The notes: generated by a model not told the origin, from the letters alone. Shown: positions 1 through 10,948, counted from the first letter of the stretch. The stretch is DNA of 34,963 nucleotides from an uncultured Gammaproteobacteria bacterium (GCA_964479555.1 CAYZML010000001.1:1-34963); one strand, 5' to 3'. Numbers and translations are program-made.

Positions 1-3000
1 CTCAAGACAGGTTTGCTTACGTGGATCAGTTGGATCAGGGATATAACTACTACAATCAAGCCATTTTGAACACGTGCGATCAGCCTTAACCTTTATAATA
101 GTGTTTGCGTTCCAAGGTCGGGAGCGAGTTTTTGGTGTGGTACCATCAGTTCCGCCATCACCGGTTTCATCAGCATTAAATAGTAATGGTATTTTTTTAT
201 TGCCACTCTGAATTCTCTGATTAAATAAAATATAACCTTTATTAAAGCTGGCTAAACCATTAGGCGTCTGGGTATCAAGATTTTGCCGTAACTGATAACC
301 AACAACCGCCTGACGCAACTGAATTGTTTTACCGCTCGTACGATTTTTACGCCACACACTACAACTAACCGACGAAGCATTACTACCTCGCGGATCACTT
401 GAAGTAACATAAAATTCTAAACTACGATCAGAACCAGAAGTAACATCAGTGCCCGCATATCCATTTGTTATGTGATGAAATAAATTATCACTGGCATCAA
501 GCTGATATATTTCCGCGGTTTCACCACCTGTACCATTATTAACGGTACAGTCTCTAATATATACTTCATCATCAGGATTACAGCTACCACGTCCATTTTC
601 GTATGTACATGTATCATTACCTTTGAGGATATAAGTTGTATATAAATCCAAGGTTGTACTCTGAACAGCAACACCACCCGGGGATCCGCTGATATCAGGA
701 ATTTCATCCCAGAAATCAGGACCAGAACCACCTGAACTTGTTTGATAACTTGGGTTACGGATTAAACTTGTATTAAAAGTTGAAACAGGATCAACCAACT
801 CAGTACAACCCGCCTGAGTGTTCTCACATACACCGGCCCATAAACTTGGTTGATAAATTTTCTGTCCCCCTTCACTTAAGGTTTTATGGATAGTAGTATC
901 ACACGGGATATCAGTCGTCACAAGCTGACAAGCTATACCTGGCCCACATTGACTATCATTTGAACATAATATTCCTGAACCACCACAACGGTTAACTTTT
1001 TTCTTATACCAATCATAGTTACTGACAGTTCCTTGCGTTAGTCGCCACTCACAAACCTCTTCGCCTGGATCCTTAAAATAAGCGTCACCATCCGGACTTG
1101 TCCATTTACTACAACCAATTCCCTGGGCAGTACAAACCGTAGTATTATAGCGATCCGGATTATTCTTAATATATACATCAGAAAAAGTTTTTAAGCCATC
1201 ATAGGTTGTTGCCCCACCAACTCTTTGACAACCCTTATTTTCAACTCCACATTGTTTACTTGGATCATAAATAACATTAATAAGATTATCTTTTGGTGTT
1301 TCAATACAACTAAGTTCACCCGGATCACAGGTGCCATTATTATCAGTCGGATCAGTCGTGCCATTATAGTTATCATCATTAATAACACTCTTGCGGTAAT
1401 CATCTGAATTATAGGTATCAATCATGCTTTCACAGCCGGCCGAAGAATCAGAGCAGAGGTCAGTAAAACTACGAAGATTAACCCGACTATTGTCGGCTTT
1501 CTTATATTGACTACAGCCAAGCATATAACCCACTGAAGCGGCACCAGAAAAATCCTGATCACATTCCGCCGGCGTAGTCCAGGAATACCTAATTAAATAA
1601 TGCCGATTAGGGATTTCAGTTAACTTAACATTATCAATATAAACCGGATCATTAAAGACTAAGTTAAGTTTTTCACCAGTATGAGTTCGATTATCACCAT
1701 CAGGCGCTGGGGAAACTATATGATTAAGGTTTGAAAGATTAAAAGAATATAATTTCCATTCCATTGGAATGCTTGTACCAGTGACACCAAAGTCGGCTGT
1801 GTCGCCAGTCTCATTAGCTAATTCAGTTTTTTGAATAAAAGTTGGTACACCAACCGCCGAACGAGCTAAAAACGTTAAATTATATGATTTATTCTGCTGA
1901 ACATCAGCCCCAACAACTTTTGACATTGAAATACCTTGTAACGAATGACCGCCAAGGTTAAGTGAGAAATTACTACGGAAGAGAGGGTCACTACTAAACC
2001 AACCATCGAACGGTGGAGTTGTAACCTGTTCAAACGTACTAATACTTGGGTTAAAAACATTACGAGTGTTACTAGCAATATTACCGGTAAACTCAGAACA
2101 GCCAACATCACTCGCCGCACACTGTTTACCTTCGCCTGGAATCGCATAATAAAGACAACGGTTCTGGGTTGCATCCCAGTCACCACCCGCGGCTATACAA
2201 GACGCAGCCGTAGTTAATTCACGACGATATGGATGACAATCATCAGAACAGGTAATAGTTTTTTCTAATAAGTGGTAGGAAATTGTACCGTCCTGAGCAT
2301 AAAATTGACGACAGTCATAGTTATAGCCTGGGTCAGTCGGGAGTTTAGTAAAGATACTAGCATTACATAATAATGTTTCTTCGGCCGAAGGCATGGTTGA
2401 GAGCGGCTCATCACCTACGCGACTACCAGGATCTTTTTGTAAAGAAAAAACTTTAAGCTGAAAACCTGATTCATCAGAACCTTCCCAGGTATAGAATGGC
2501 AGACATTTAGTTGGATCAGGCTTAATACATTTTCGCATTGCACTGTAATATTCAATTGCCTCACCACCCTGATCAAGTTTATCAAGGTTAGTAAAAGCGG
2601 TACAACCAACTGCCTGAGCACTACAGCTACGAGCTGTTGTCGGAATAAAGTAAAAAGCTTGGCGCGGATTAAAAGCATTTGGTTGTTGAACAAAAGTATT
2701 ATAACCAACACATGAAGATGGACAATAATCAGGCGCAGTTACTTTACCAGTAATATTTAAACCGCTATCAAGCGACGTATATGCTTCACAGCCAACCTCA
2801 CTATCATTACACTGACGAGCAAACTGTTTACATTCATCAGGCGCATCATCTTTTAATGTATACGGCTCTCGACCACCACTAGCATAGCAAGTCGCAGCTA
2901 AATATTTAGGTAGTAACTTTTGATAAATAGTTGTGTTTTCGCCATATTCGGAATAGTCGGTCGTGGCTGGTCCAACCGTTAACTTTATATCATCAACATA

Positions 3001-5559
3001 GAACTTAGTACTAGGAGTACGGCCCCCAATAAAATAATTAGTCCAGGGTCCTCCGACTGGTGGCTTATAGATCGTCACGCGTAAAGTCTGCCATTGATTA
3101 GTAACGGTTGATTCAACGTGATGAGCACCTAAATAACCAAAACCCATAAAGACGGTACCTTGTTCAACAAAAACACGCGCTGAGAATGTATAATAGTGTC
3201 CACCCTCCATTACAAAAGTATCAGGTAACACACTATATCTAGATGACAACGGCACAAGGTCACTCACTTCCTGCGAGAACCAGCTACCATTACCTTCAAT
3301 ATAAAGACTTTGGGAGCCAGTATCAGCCTTAGTATTAACAATACCGGCCTTAACCGTACCGCTATTGACTAATATATACCAACGATTATTTGGACTTGGA
3401 AGGTTATTAAGTGTTGCGGTAAAATTAGTTAATTCGCAGGTACCGCCAACATCAATACAGGTACTTTGTTCAAAGCTGCTATCAGCAATTAAGTTTGCAT
3501 CAAGTCCGTCTTTAATACGAATAAACTGATGGCAATTTTCCTTGGTTGGGTCGCACTCACTGGCGTTTTTATTAAAAAAGACTTGGTTACCAGTATCATC
3601 CCAAGTAATTTTCTTTGTTGTCTCGACATATGGACCTTCAAGCGCGTATTGTTTACAACCAACCTGATTAGCATCACAGTTACTATAATCAAGTGTATTC
3701 TCAAGAAATGACGCTTGCTTGCCAGTATCATTTTTAAAGGTTTGGCACGTGTTATTACGAGGCTCACAGCTATTATCCTCTTCTTGGTTAAAAACCCAAC
3801 GACGCTTTTCTTCGGTACAATAACCATAATAAGCACAACTACCATTAGTATTTTCTTTAATACACGCTTGCTCATCAGCGCAGTAATTATTATTTCGAAC
3901 TATTTGGTGTTCTTGTCTAACAGTAAGGTTACATTCTTCAAAACCAGGATAATTAGTACAGTTTGAGTCGTTAAAACAAGTAACATAATTAGTAGCGCAG
4001 TCACCGGAAGTATCTTTATTGCGCGGATCACAATTAGCGTCTGCTTTTTTTGTACAATACCCGACATTAGAGGTAGCCAACTGATCCTGAACAATTTCCG
4101 GACCATATCCTTCCATACCACAATACTGTTTTGGAACTTTTAATACCCAGTTAGGATCGATTAATCCCTGGCACCATTCTTCGCTTAAACCAACATACGA
4201 ATCATTAGGAGCAAAACAGTTAATTAAATCCCCGATCGTAATATCCTTAGTAGCGGCCGGATTGTCTTTAATATATTGGGCGGCCACTTCCCAGCCAACT
4301 GGTAAAATTCGATATTTTCTTAAAATAATAAGCGAACGATACGGATAACCATCAAGATAGTTTAAATCACCGCCTTGAGCATTAAAACCGATCCGCTTTT
4401 TTGAATCAATAATATTACGATTAATTGCCTCAGCCACAGTGATCTTCTCACTAACAGCCTGAGCAAACTGTTCGGAAATAACACAATTGGTTGGGCCTGG
4501 TTTGTTTTCATCAGGGCAAGATGATAATTCACTTAAAATATTATAATCAGTTCGTTCATTAAAACGAGCCTGGAGAATTGTACTATTACGACGAGAAACT
4601 TCGGTCATACCACCAGTATTACCTTGACCATAATAACTACTTGAACCACCACTGGATCCCTGACTATTTGATCGAGAGAGATTATCAATTAATTTATTAA
4701 AAGCTGATAAGGCTAGCTGGTTTAAGAAAATATTAGCGGCATCAACAAAAATATCGCCGGTCTGGGTAAAAAAATTCTGAGTTTGAAGATTACGAGCTTG
4801 TTCAAGCTTAGATTTCTGGTTATCGGGTACGGATTTTAATGCCTTAGAAACCATAGTTGTTTCCGGAATCCAGCCATCGCTTTCAAGTCGTCCAAGTCCG
4901 AGTGATTCTTTTTCAATCGCCACTTTGTCAGTAAACTGATCAAAAATTGTTGTAGCAACACCAATATCGGTTGATTCTGGCTCAAAAGCTGTAATAGCTA
5001 AGTTCTTTAAATAACCTGGCTTTAAGTATAAATCAACTGAATTGCGACCTTCTTCATAAATCTTTTTTAGATTACAGCGTGATTCGGATAATCCCCCGCT
5101 TTTATTCGCAAAATCAGTTAAACCTAAACTGATTTTCACAGTCACGCTTAAATCAGGCGAACAAATATTATATTTATCAATAAATTCACCTTGTGGTGTT
5201 TGCGCAAATTCTTCGATGAATTGCCCACCAACATTAAAAGCCTGATCTCGTAACCATGGCCCAAACTCCTGGGTAAAATAAACCGGCTTTTGTCCTTGTC
5301 CACCAGAACCAAGGTATGTCGCCGTATCATAAGCAAACTGATTAACCAAACTACGTAAAGAATTTAAAAAAGTTATTTTACCAACTTTAACAATAGCGTC
5401 TTTAACCGCCTGTAGCATAGAACTAATAGAACGTGGGGCGTCGGCCACGACTGCGACCGGAATAGCTTGAACCTGCGAAGTAGTAAAAAAAATAAATCCG
5501 ATCACGCTAACGATCATTAAACCTACGCGAAAACGGAAAGAAGTAAAGTTTATCTTCAT
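1..5559 (-). CDS. Giant secreted Cys-rich protein (>1853 aa, 3' end beyond window) with CBM4/9-like beta-sandwich domains
   Basis: ATG at 5559 gives MKINFTSFRFRVGLMIVSVIGFIFFTTSQVQA-IPVAVVAD (signal peptide). Segments translated by hand stay open in this frame down to base 1 (...LDCSSYIPDPTDPRKQTCLE), and the track lists no closed ORF in this frame. Contains NLIADSSFE...YVDDIKLTV and STFEQ...VYIDNVKLTE domains plus repeated C-x5-GC motifs. Confidence 0.9.
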   Translation of the reverse strand, partial: MKINFTSFRFRVGLMIVSVIGFIFFTTSQVQAIPVAVVADAPRSISSMLQAVKDAIVKVGKITFLNSLRSLVNQFAYDTATYLGSGGQGQKPVYFTQEFGPWLRDQAFNVGGQFIEEFAQTPQGEFIDKYNICSPDLSVTVKISLGLTDFANKSGGLSESRCNLKKIYEEGRNSVDLYLKPGYLKNLAITAFEPESTDIGVATTIFDQFTDKVAIEKESLGLGRLESDGWIPETTMVSKALKSVPDNQKSKLEQARNLQTQNFFTQTGDIFVDAANIFLNQLALSAFNKLIDNLSRSNSQGSSGGSSSYYGQGNTGGMTEVSRRNSTILQARFNERTDYNILSELSSCPDENKPGPTNCVISEQFAQAVSEKITVAEAINRNIIDSKKRIGFNAQGGDLNYLDGYPYRSLIILRKYRILPVGWEVAAQYIKDNPAATKDITIGDLINCFAPNDSYVGLSEEWCQGLIDPNWVLKVPKQYCGMEGYGPEIVQDQLATSNVGYCTKKADANCDPRNKDTSGDCATNYVTCFNDSNCTNYPGFEECNLTVRQEHQIVRNNNYCADEQACIKENTNGSCAYYGYCTEEKRRWVFNQEEDNSCEPRNNTCQTFKNDTGKQASFLENTLDYSNCDANQVGCKQYALEGPYVETTKKITWDDTGNQVFFNKNASECDPTKENCHQFIRIKDGLDANLIADSSFEQSTCIDVGGTCELTNFTATLNNLPSPNNRWYILVNSGTVKAGIVNTKADTGSQSLYIEGNGSWFSQEVSDLVPLSSRYSVLPDTFVMEGGHYYTFSARVFVEQGTVFMGFGYLGAHHVESTVTNQWQTLRVTIYKPPVGGPWTNYFIGGRTPSTKFYVDDIKLTVGPATTDYSEYGENTTIYQKLLPKYLAATCYASGGREPYTLKDDAPDECKQFARQCNDSEVGCEAYTSLDSGLNITGKVTAPDYCPSSCVGYNTFVQQPNAFNPRQAFYFIPTTARSCSAQAVGCTAFTNLDKLDQGGEAIEYYSAMRKCIKPDPTKCLPFYTWEGSDESGFQLKVFSLQKDPGSRVGDEPLSTMPSAEETLLCNASIFTKLPTDPGYNYDCRQFYAQDGTISYHLLEKTITCSDDCHPYRRELTTAASCIAAGGDWDATQNRCLYYAIPGEGKQCAASDVGCSEFTGNIASNTRNVFNPSISTFEQVTTPPFDGWFSSDPLFRSNFSLNLGGHSLQGISMSKVVGADVQQNKSYNLTFLARSAVGVPTFIQKTELANETGDTADFGVTGTSIPMEWKLYSFNLSNLNHIVSPAPDGDNRTHTGEKLNLVFNDPVYIDNVKLTEIPNRHYLIRYSWTTPAECDQDFSGAASVGYMLGCSQYKKADNSRVNLRSFTDLCSDSSAGCESMIDTYNSDDYRKSVINDDNYNGTTDPTDNNGTCDPGELSCIETPKDNLINVIYDPSKQCGVENKGCQRVGGATTYDGLKTFSDVYIKNNPDRYNTTVCTAQGIGCSKWTSPDGDAYFKDPGEEVCEWRLTQGTVSNYDWYKKKVNRCGGSGILCSNDSQCGPGIACQLVTTDIPCDTTIHKTLSEGGQKIYQPSLWAGVCENTQAGCTELVDPVSTFNTSLIRNPSYQTSSGGSGPDFWDEIPDISGSPGGVAVQSTTLDLYTTYILKGNDTCTYENGRGSCNPDDEVYIRDCTVNNGTGGETAEIYQLDASDNLFHHITNGYAGTDVTSGSDRSLEFYVTSSDPRGSNASSVSCSVWRKNRTSGKTIQLRQAVVGYQLRQNLDTQTPNGLASFNKGYILFNQRIQSGNKKIPLLFNADETGDGGTDGTTPKTRSRPWNANTIIKVKADRTCSKWLDCSSYIPDPTDPRKQTCLE

Positions 5560-5568
5560 ACCTGATGA

Positions 5569-6249
5569 CTATTGAATCATCTCATTAAAAGTAGCAGTAA
5601 TCTGTGCGTCACTTAATGCGTCTAATGTTTTTTGATCCATACCAGCCTGGGCTAAAAGTTGACGTAATATTTTTGGATCAGCATTAGCGCCAAAAGAATC
5701 ACGCAGAGCTTTTTTTTCTTGCGGTGATAATGTTGCTGATGAAGTTGTCGGTGAAACCGTCGGGGAAATCGTCTGAGTTATCGTAGTCGGTGTTGTTGGA
5801 TTTAATAAATTGTTCAACGTTGGATTATTAAAAGCATCAGGCTGATCAGTTGTTGGAGTGGTTGTTACGGCGCACGTCTGACCCTGCGGACACGTCGGAT
5901 CATTACCACTTTCAATTTCTTTTTTATCATCAAATGTATCACTGTCAGTATCAGCTAAATATGGTGAGGTTTTATAGACGTTTAATTCATCCCAATCATT
6001 TAATCCATCACCGTCCGTGTCTTTTGCTTTTAAATCAGCTTGAGTTTGTGCTTCTTGGTTTGAGGTAGGATTAGTTTGTTGCGTATCTCGACTAGCATAC
6101 AACGGGGTTATAATATCGGTGCGCAATTTGATTACCCAAACACTAATAATCGCAATCATCGCGAGGGTTAATAAAAGCAAACCGATCTTATGTCGTTTTT
6201 CAAATGTATCGAGGGCAAGGGCGCTAGCAATCCGATCAGATAATCTCAT
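5569..6249 (-). CDS. Membrane-anchored protein with TSP3-like Ca-binding repeats and a Thr/Pro-rich linker
   Basis: N-terminal TM (IGLLLLTLAMIAIISVWVI); DTDGDGLNDWDE...LADTDSDTFDDKKEIESGNDP; TTPTT-rich linker. Confidence 0.8.
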   Translation of the reverse strand: MRLSDRIASALALDTFEKRHKIGLLLLTLAMIAIISVWVIKLRTDIITPLYASRDTQQTNPTSNQEAQTQADLKAKDTDGDGLNDWDELNVYKTSPYLADTDSDTFDDKKEIESGNDPTCPQGQTCAVTTTPTTDQPDAFNNPTLNNLLNPTTPTTITQTISPTVSPTTSSATLSPQEKKALRDSFGANADPKILRQLLAQAGMDQKTLDALSDAQITATFNEMIQ

Positions 6250-6273
6250 AAAGAATATGGAATAATAGCCTTA

Positions 6274-7143
6274 TTATACCATATATTCCTTTAGCGCCGC
6301 AATAAGTTTACACCAATTTTCTAATGATAATTCTTGTGCCCGCGCATTTTCTTTGATTTTAGCCCGATTAAAGGCAATAATAATGATTTCTTTCTTTAGT
6401 TGTAAACCGGCCGCCAGATTGGCTTTAAGCATTTTTCGTCGCGAACTGAAACCAATTTTAACCACACGAAAAAAAATCTTTTCTTTAATACCAAGGGAAG
6501 TGAGTTGTTTTTGATAATGTGAATCACGTGTGATTGAAATAATAACACTACCAACTTTTGGTGCCGGCCAAAAACTATGCGCGGGAATATTTTTTATTAA
6601 TGTTATCTGCGCGTATAGTTGAACTGACACAGCCAAAACGCTCATATCACCAGGGACTGCCACTAAGCGTTCGCCGACTTCTTTTTGTAACATTAAAATA
6701 AGACGATCAGGCAATATATTACCTTCATTACCAGCAATAAATTTACGTAAAAAATATGAGCTGATATTATAGGGTAAATTAGCGACTACTTTTATCTGAG
6801 TAGTTTTAACTGACTGTGCCCACTGACCGGTAAAATTCAAAATATTTTCATTATAAATAACAACGTTAGTAATTTTTTTTTCTTGTAATCTTTTTTGGAC
6901 AACTTTTGCTAATACATCATCTAATTCAACACTGAACACTTTTTGTGCTCGGCTGGCGAGATATTCAGTTAAGAAACCTAAACCTGGTCCGACTTCTAAA
7001 ATTATATCGGTTGATCGTAACTCGGCGACTTCAATCATCGCCTCATACGCTTCTTCACTAATTAAAAAATTTTGTCCCTTGGAACGCGTCGGGACAATAT
7101 GATACTGCTGACAAAGATTTTTTGTTTGTTCAAGTAATGACAT
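6274..7143 (-). CDS. rsmA: 16S rRNA m6,2A1518/1519 dimethyltransferase KsgA/RsmA
   Basis: GQNFL, ILEVGPGLG, VANLPYNIS, FWPAPKV, RRKML motifs. Confidence 0.96.
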   Translation of the reverse strand: MSLLEQTKNLCQQYHIVPTRSKGQNFLISEEAYEAMIEVAELRSTDIILEVGPGLGFLTEYLASRAQKVFSVELDDVLAKVVQKRLQEKKITNVVIYNENILNFTGQWAQSVKTTQIKVVANLPYNISSYFLRKFIAGNEGNILPDRLILMLQKEVGERLVAVPGDMSVLAVSVQLYAQITLIKNIPAHSFWPAPKVGSVIISITRDSHYQKQLTSLGIKEKIFFRVVKIGFSSRRKMLKANLAAGLQLKKEIIIIAFNRAKIKENARAQELSLENWCKLIAALKEYMV

Positions 7144-7198
7144 GAGTAAATAATCTATTATCTCCGACGTATATAACGTATAAACTAAATCCTATCCT

Positions 7199-10039
7199 CT
7201 ATTTCACAACTATATTCACAACTTTCTCTTTTACCACTACAACTTTTATAACTTCTTTATTCTCTAGCCATGGTTTAATTTTTTCTCTGGTTAAGACCAA
7301 TTGTTTAATCGTTTCATCATCAAGACCGACTTGAACCTCGAATGTATCTCTCACTTTACCATTAATTTGAATCGCCATTGTAACCGTATCATCTTTTAAT
7401 AATGCTTCATCATACTGCGGCCAGGTAGCACGAAAAATTGACTCACCTGAAGAGCGGTCATGACGATGCCACAGTTCTTCGGTTATATGTGGAGCAAACG
7501 GTGCTAATAACCGAAGTAATATTTCGTATTGATCAGCGGTAATAGCTTCAGCTGCGGTATAGGCATTAGTTAAAATCATTAAACTGGAAATAGCGGTATT
7601 AAAACGCAAATTATCAATATCTTCACCAACTTTTTTAATTGTTTTGTGCGTCAGAGAGATGGTGGCTTTTTCGTCGGCTCTTTCAATTACTTTTTCTTGT
7701 AACTGCCAAACGCGCCGTAAAAATGCTTCTGCTCCGGCCACACCACTAACTTTAAAAGCGGCGGTTTGGGTAAAAGGACCAATAAACATTTCATAAATCC
7801 GTAAAGCATCAGCTCCATACTGAGCAACCATTTCGTCTGGATTAACAACATTCCCCCATCTTTTACTCATTTTCCGCCCATCTTCACCCATAATTAAGCC
7901 TAAATTAGAATAACGGGCAAAAGGTTCATCATGTGATACTACTTTAATATCATATAAAAACTTATGCCAAAAACGAGCATAAATTAAATGCCTCGTCGCA
8001 TGTTCAGCGCCACCAACATATATATCAACCGGTGACCAATAGACTTCTTTATGAGAAGAGGCCAAAGCGGTATTGTTATGCGCATCGGTATACCGCAGAT
8101 AATACCAACTTGACCCAGCCCATTGCGGCATAGTATTAGTTTCACGTTGTGCTGATCCACTACAGGTAGGACAGGTAGTAGTTACCCAGTCTGTTATTCC
8201 GGCTAACGGAGATTCGCCTGTACCAGTCGGTTCATATGATTCAACTTCTGGTAACCGTACTGGTAAATCTTTTTCTGGCACCGGAACGACACCACACTTT
8301 TGACAATGAACAATCGGGATCGGTTCTCCCCAGTAACGCTGACGAGAAAATACCCAATCTCGTAATTTATAGCGGGTAACACTTCGGCCACCAGCTTTTT
8401 CATTTATGGCTGTTTTTACTGTTTTTGAATCTTCTTCATTAAATATATCTGAGTTATATAAAATTCCATCGCCAGTATAAATATATCGGCCGGCCAAACG
8501 ATTTTTCCAAATATCTAACTCAGCACATACCATAGTATCAGCTGTTATCTCATTAAGCGCCACCCATTCTATATCATATTTTTCTTTTTCTTCAACCGAA
8601 ATAGCTTGTCTTTCTTCACTGGCTAATTCAAAATAAACCGCTGTGGTATAGGCTAAGCGATTTTCATCTTTATGAGCTGCATAATATTGACCCTGAACCG
8701 GCTCACCTAAAATTTCTATAAAACGTAAATCACAATAACCAGTTTCTTCGGCAACCTCACGACGAGCTGCGTCGATAATCTCTTCGCCTGCCTCAACTCC
8801 GCCAACAACAAAATTACGCCAAGGATATTTTTTCCATCGCAGTAATAAAAATTGATCGGTTTTAGGATTACGTACCAGCGCATGAATCATTCGGCGCGGT
8901 ACGGTTGCTTTATCAGGTCGTGGTGGATTATTGTGATCAATCACTGTCGGTTTAATTACCGGCTTAATCGCTAAATTATATGTTTTAGCAAAAATATAAT
9001 CACGCTCATCATGCGCTGGTACAGCCATGACTGCGCCAGTACCATAATCACTTAAAACATAGTCAGCCATCCACACGGGTAGTAATTCCTTAGTTAACGG
9101 GTGAATAACCTGTATACCCTCAAGTATAACACCAGTTTTTTCTCGATTTTCAGCCGCTCGTTCAAACTCAGGGGTATGGCGCACAGCTTCACGATAGGCG
9201 TCAACTTCGTCTTTATTATTTACTTTCGTCATCCATTCATTTACTAACGGGTACTCGGGAGCGACCACTACATACGTTACTCCGTATAATGTATCAGGCC
9301 GAGTTGTAAAAACAGTTATAGTCTGATCACTGTCTGAAAGCTTAAAATCAAGCTCAAAACCCTGACTTTTGCCAATCCAATTTCGCTGAGCTTCTTTAAT
9401 CGGTTCTGACCATTCAAGGCTATCAAGTCCATCAAGTAAGCGCTCAGCGTAATCAGTAATTTTTAGCATCCACTGTCGCATTGGTTTTTTTTCAACGATC
9501 GTTCCGCACCGCTCACACCGACCGTTTTCCACATCTTCATTAGCTAAACCAGTTTTACAAGAAGGACACCAATTAATCGGCGCAAATGATTCATAAGCTA
9601 ACCCTTTTTTAAATAATTGTAAAAATATCCACTGCGTCCAGCGGTAATAATCTGGATCAGTCGTATTAATCTCCCGTTCCCAGTCATATGTACAACCAAG
9701 TTTTAAAAGCTGATCTTTAAAACGATTAATATTTTGTGTTACCGCCACTGAAGGGTGAACTTTATGAGATAAGGCATAATTTTCTGCCGGTAAACCAAAC
9801 GCATCCCAGCCCATCGGGTGTAAAACGCTTTGACCTTCCATCATTTTTTTTCGAGCGATACTGTCAGTGGCGATATATCCCTTGGTATGACCAACATGAA
9901 GACCATCACCTGATGGATAAGGAAACATATCCAAAACATAATATTTCTTTTTGTCTGGATCTTCTGTTGAACGATAAAGATTATTCATCTCCCAGATCGC
10001 TTGCCATTTTTTTTCAATTGTTGAGTGGTTGTAAGACAT
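7199..10039 (-). CDS. leuS: Leucine--tRNA ligase with inserted NUDIX domain
   Basis: MFPYPSGDGLHVGH, GWDAFGLPAEN, FTTRPDT, AVPAHDERD, RDWVFSRQRYWG, KMSKR; NUDIX box GGVEAGEEIIDAARREVAEETG. Confidence 0.97.
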   Translation of the reverse strand: MSYNHSTIEKKWQAIWEMNNLYRSTEDPDKKKYYVLDMFPYPSGDGLHVGHTKGYIATDSIARKKMMEGQSVLHPMGWDAFGLPAENYALSHKVHPSVAVTQNINRFKDQLLKLGCTYDWEREINTTDPDYYRWTQWIFLQLFKKGLAYESFAPINWCPSCKTGLANEDVENGRCERCGTIVEKKPMRQWMLKITDYAERLLDGLDSLEWSEPIKEAQRNWIGKSQGFELDFKLSDSDQTITVFTTRPDTLYGVTYVVVAPEYPLVNEWMTKVNNKDEVDAYREAVRHTPEFERAAENREKTGVILEGIQVIHPLTKELLPVWMADYVLSDYGTGAVMAVPAHDERDYIFAKTYNLAIKPVIKPTVIDHNNPPRPDKATVPRRMIHALVRNPKTDQFLLLRWKKYPWRNFVVGGVEAGEEIIDAARREVAEETGYCDLRFIEILGEPVQGQYYAAHKDENRLAYTTAVYFELASEERQAISVEEKEKYDIEWVALNEITADTMVCAELDIWKNRLAGRYIYTGDGILYNSDIFNEEDSKTVKTAINEKAGGRSVTRYKLRDWVFSRQRYWGEPIPIVHCQKCGVVPVPEKDLPVRLPEVESYEPTGTGESPLAGITDWVTTTCPTCSGSAQRETNTMPQWAGSSWYYLRYTDAHNNTALASSHKEVYWSPVDIYVGGAEHATRHLIYARFWHKFLYDIKVVSHDEPFARYSNLGLIMGEDGRKMSKRWGNVVNPDEMVAQYGADALRIYEMFIGPFTQTAAFKVSGVAGAEAFLRRVWQLQEKVIERADEKATISLTHKTIKKVGEDIDNLRFNTAISSLMILTNAYTAAEAITADQYEILLRLLAPFAPHITEELWHRHDRSSGESIFRATWPQYDEALLKDDTVTMAIQINGKVRDTFEVQVGLDDETIKQLVLTREKIKPWLENKEVIKVVVVKEKVVNIVVK

Positions 10040-10086
10040 GAATAAAAAATTTAATTAAGTAAAAAACTACCCTTTATAACTAGCAA

Positions 10087-10851
10087 TTACCATTTATTTA
10101 TTTCTATTCCAACCGGACAATGGTCAGAACCCATAACTGTATCAAGGATAAAAGCCTTAGTAACATGCTTCCGCATCTTAGACGATACAAGAAAATAGTC
10201 AATTCGCCAACCAACATTACGTGAGCGCGCGCCAAAGCGATATGTCCACCATGAATACTGAATTTTATCACCGTTAAGTTCACGATAGGTATCAACTAAA
10301 CCGGCCGCTATATATTTTCGTGCCCATGATCGCTCAGTATCAGTAAAACCAGCTGTTTCATGATTTTCTTTTGGGCGGGCTAAATCAATCTCTTCCCGGG
10401 CAACGTTAAAATCACCACATATTATAACCGGTTTCTTTTTTTCTAATTTTTGTATATAGGCTAGAACAGCTTTATTAAAACGTACCTTATAATCAAGGCG
10501 AGCTAAGGTTGGTTGAGAGTTTGGGAAATAAGTATTGATGAGGTAGGTATGCGGTAATTCAAAAGTTTGAACTCTGCCCTCTTTATCAAACTCAGCTATA
10601 CCAATCCCTTCCCGAATTGAAAGGGGTTTAACTGTACTTAAAATAGCCGTTCCGCTGTATCCGGGACGTTCAGCTGGGTACCAAAACTCCTCATAACCCT
10701 TAAAATCAAATTCAGCCTTAAGACGATTAGCATGATCGATCTTAATTTCCTGCAGACATATAATATCAGGTTTTATTTTTTTTAAGCTCGCCACAAAACC
10801 ATTTCTAACGGCGGCACGAATACCATTAACATTCCAGGAAATAAGCTTCAT
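10087..10851 (-). CDS. xth: Exodeoxyribonuclease III / AP endonuclease
   Basis: SWNVNGIRA, LQEIK, GYSGTA, CGDFNVA, GWRIDYF, GSDHCP. Confidence 0.96.
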   Translation of the reverse strand: MKLISWNVNGIRAAVRNGFVASLKKIKPDIICLQEIKIDHANRLKAEFDFKGYEEFWYPAERPGYSGTAILSTVKPLSIREGIGIAEFDKEGRVQTFELPHTYLINTYFPNSQPTLARLDYKVRFNKAVLAYIQKLEKKKPVIICGDFNVAREEIDLARPKENHETAGFTDTERSWARKYIAAGLVDTYRELNGDKIQYSWWTYRFGARSRNVGWRIDYFLVSSKMRKHVTKAFILDTVMGSDHCPVGIEINKW

Positions 10852-10939
10852 AGAAAAAATAACTAATTAAAAAACTAATGAACTAACAAATTAAGTAATC
10901 TATTCATTAATTCATTCATTAATTTATTGATTGTTCTTA

Positions 10940-10948
10940 TGGTATAAT
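10940..10948 (+). promoter_or_regulatory. Extended -10 promoter (TGGTATAAT) for the dsbA-pilin cassette
   Basis: TGnTATAAT 28 nt upstream of the dsbA ATG; no clear -35. Confidence 0.55.

Noticed and set aside
468-5336. Ten short ORFs in the track on both strands
   Set aside because: They are alternate-frame or antisense shadows of the giant minus-strand ORF and have no motifs.
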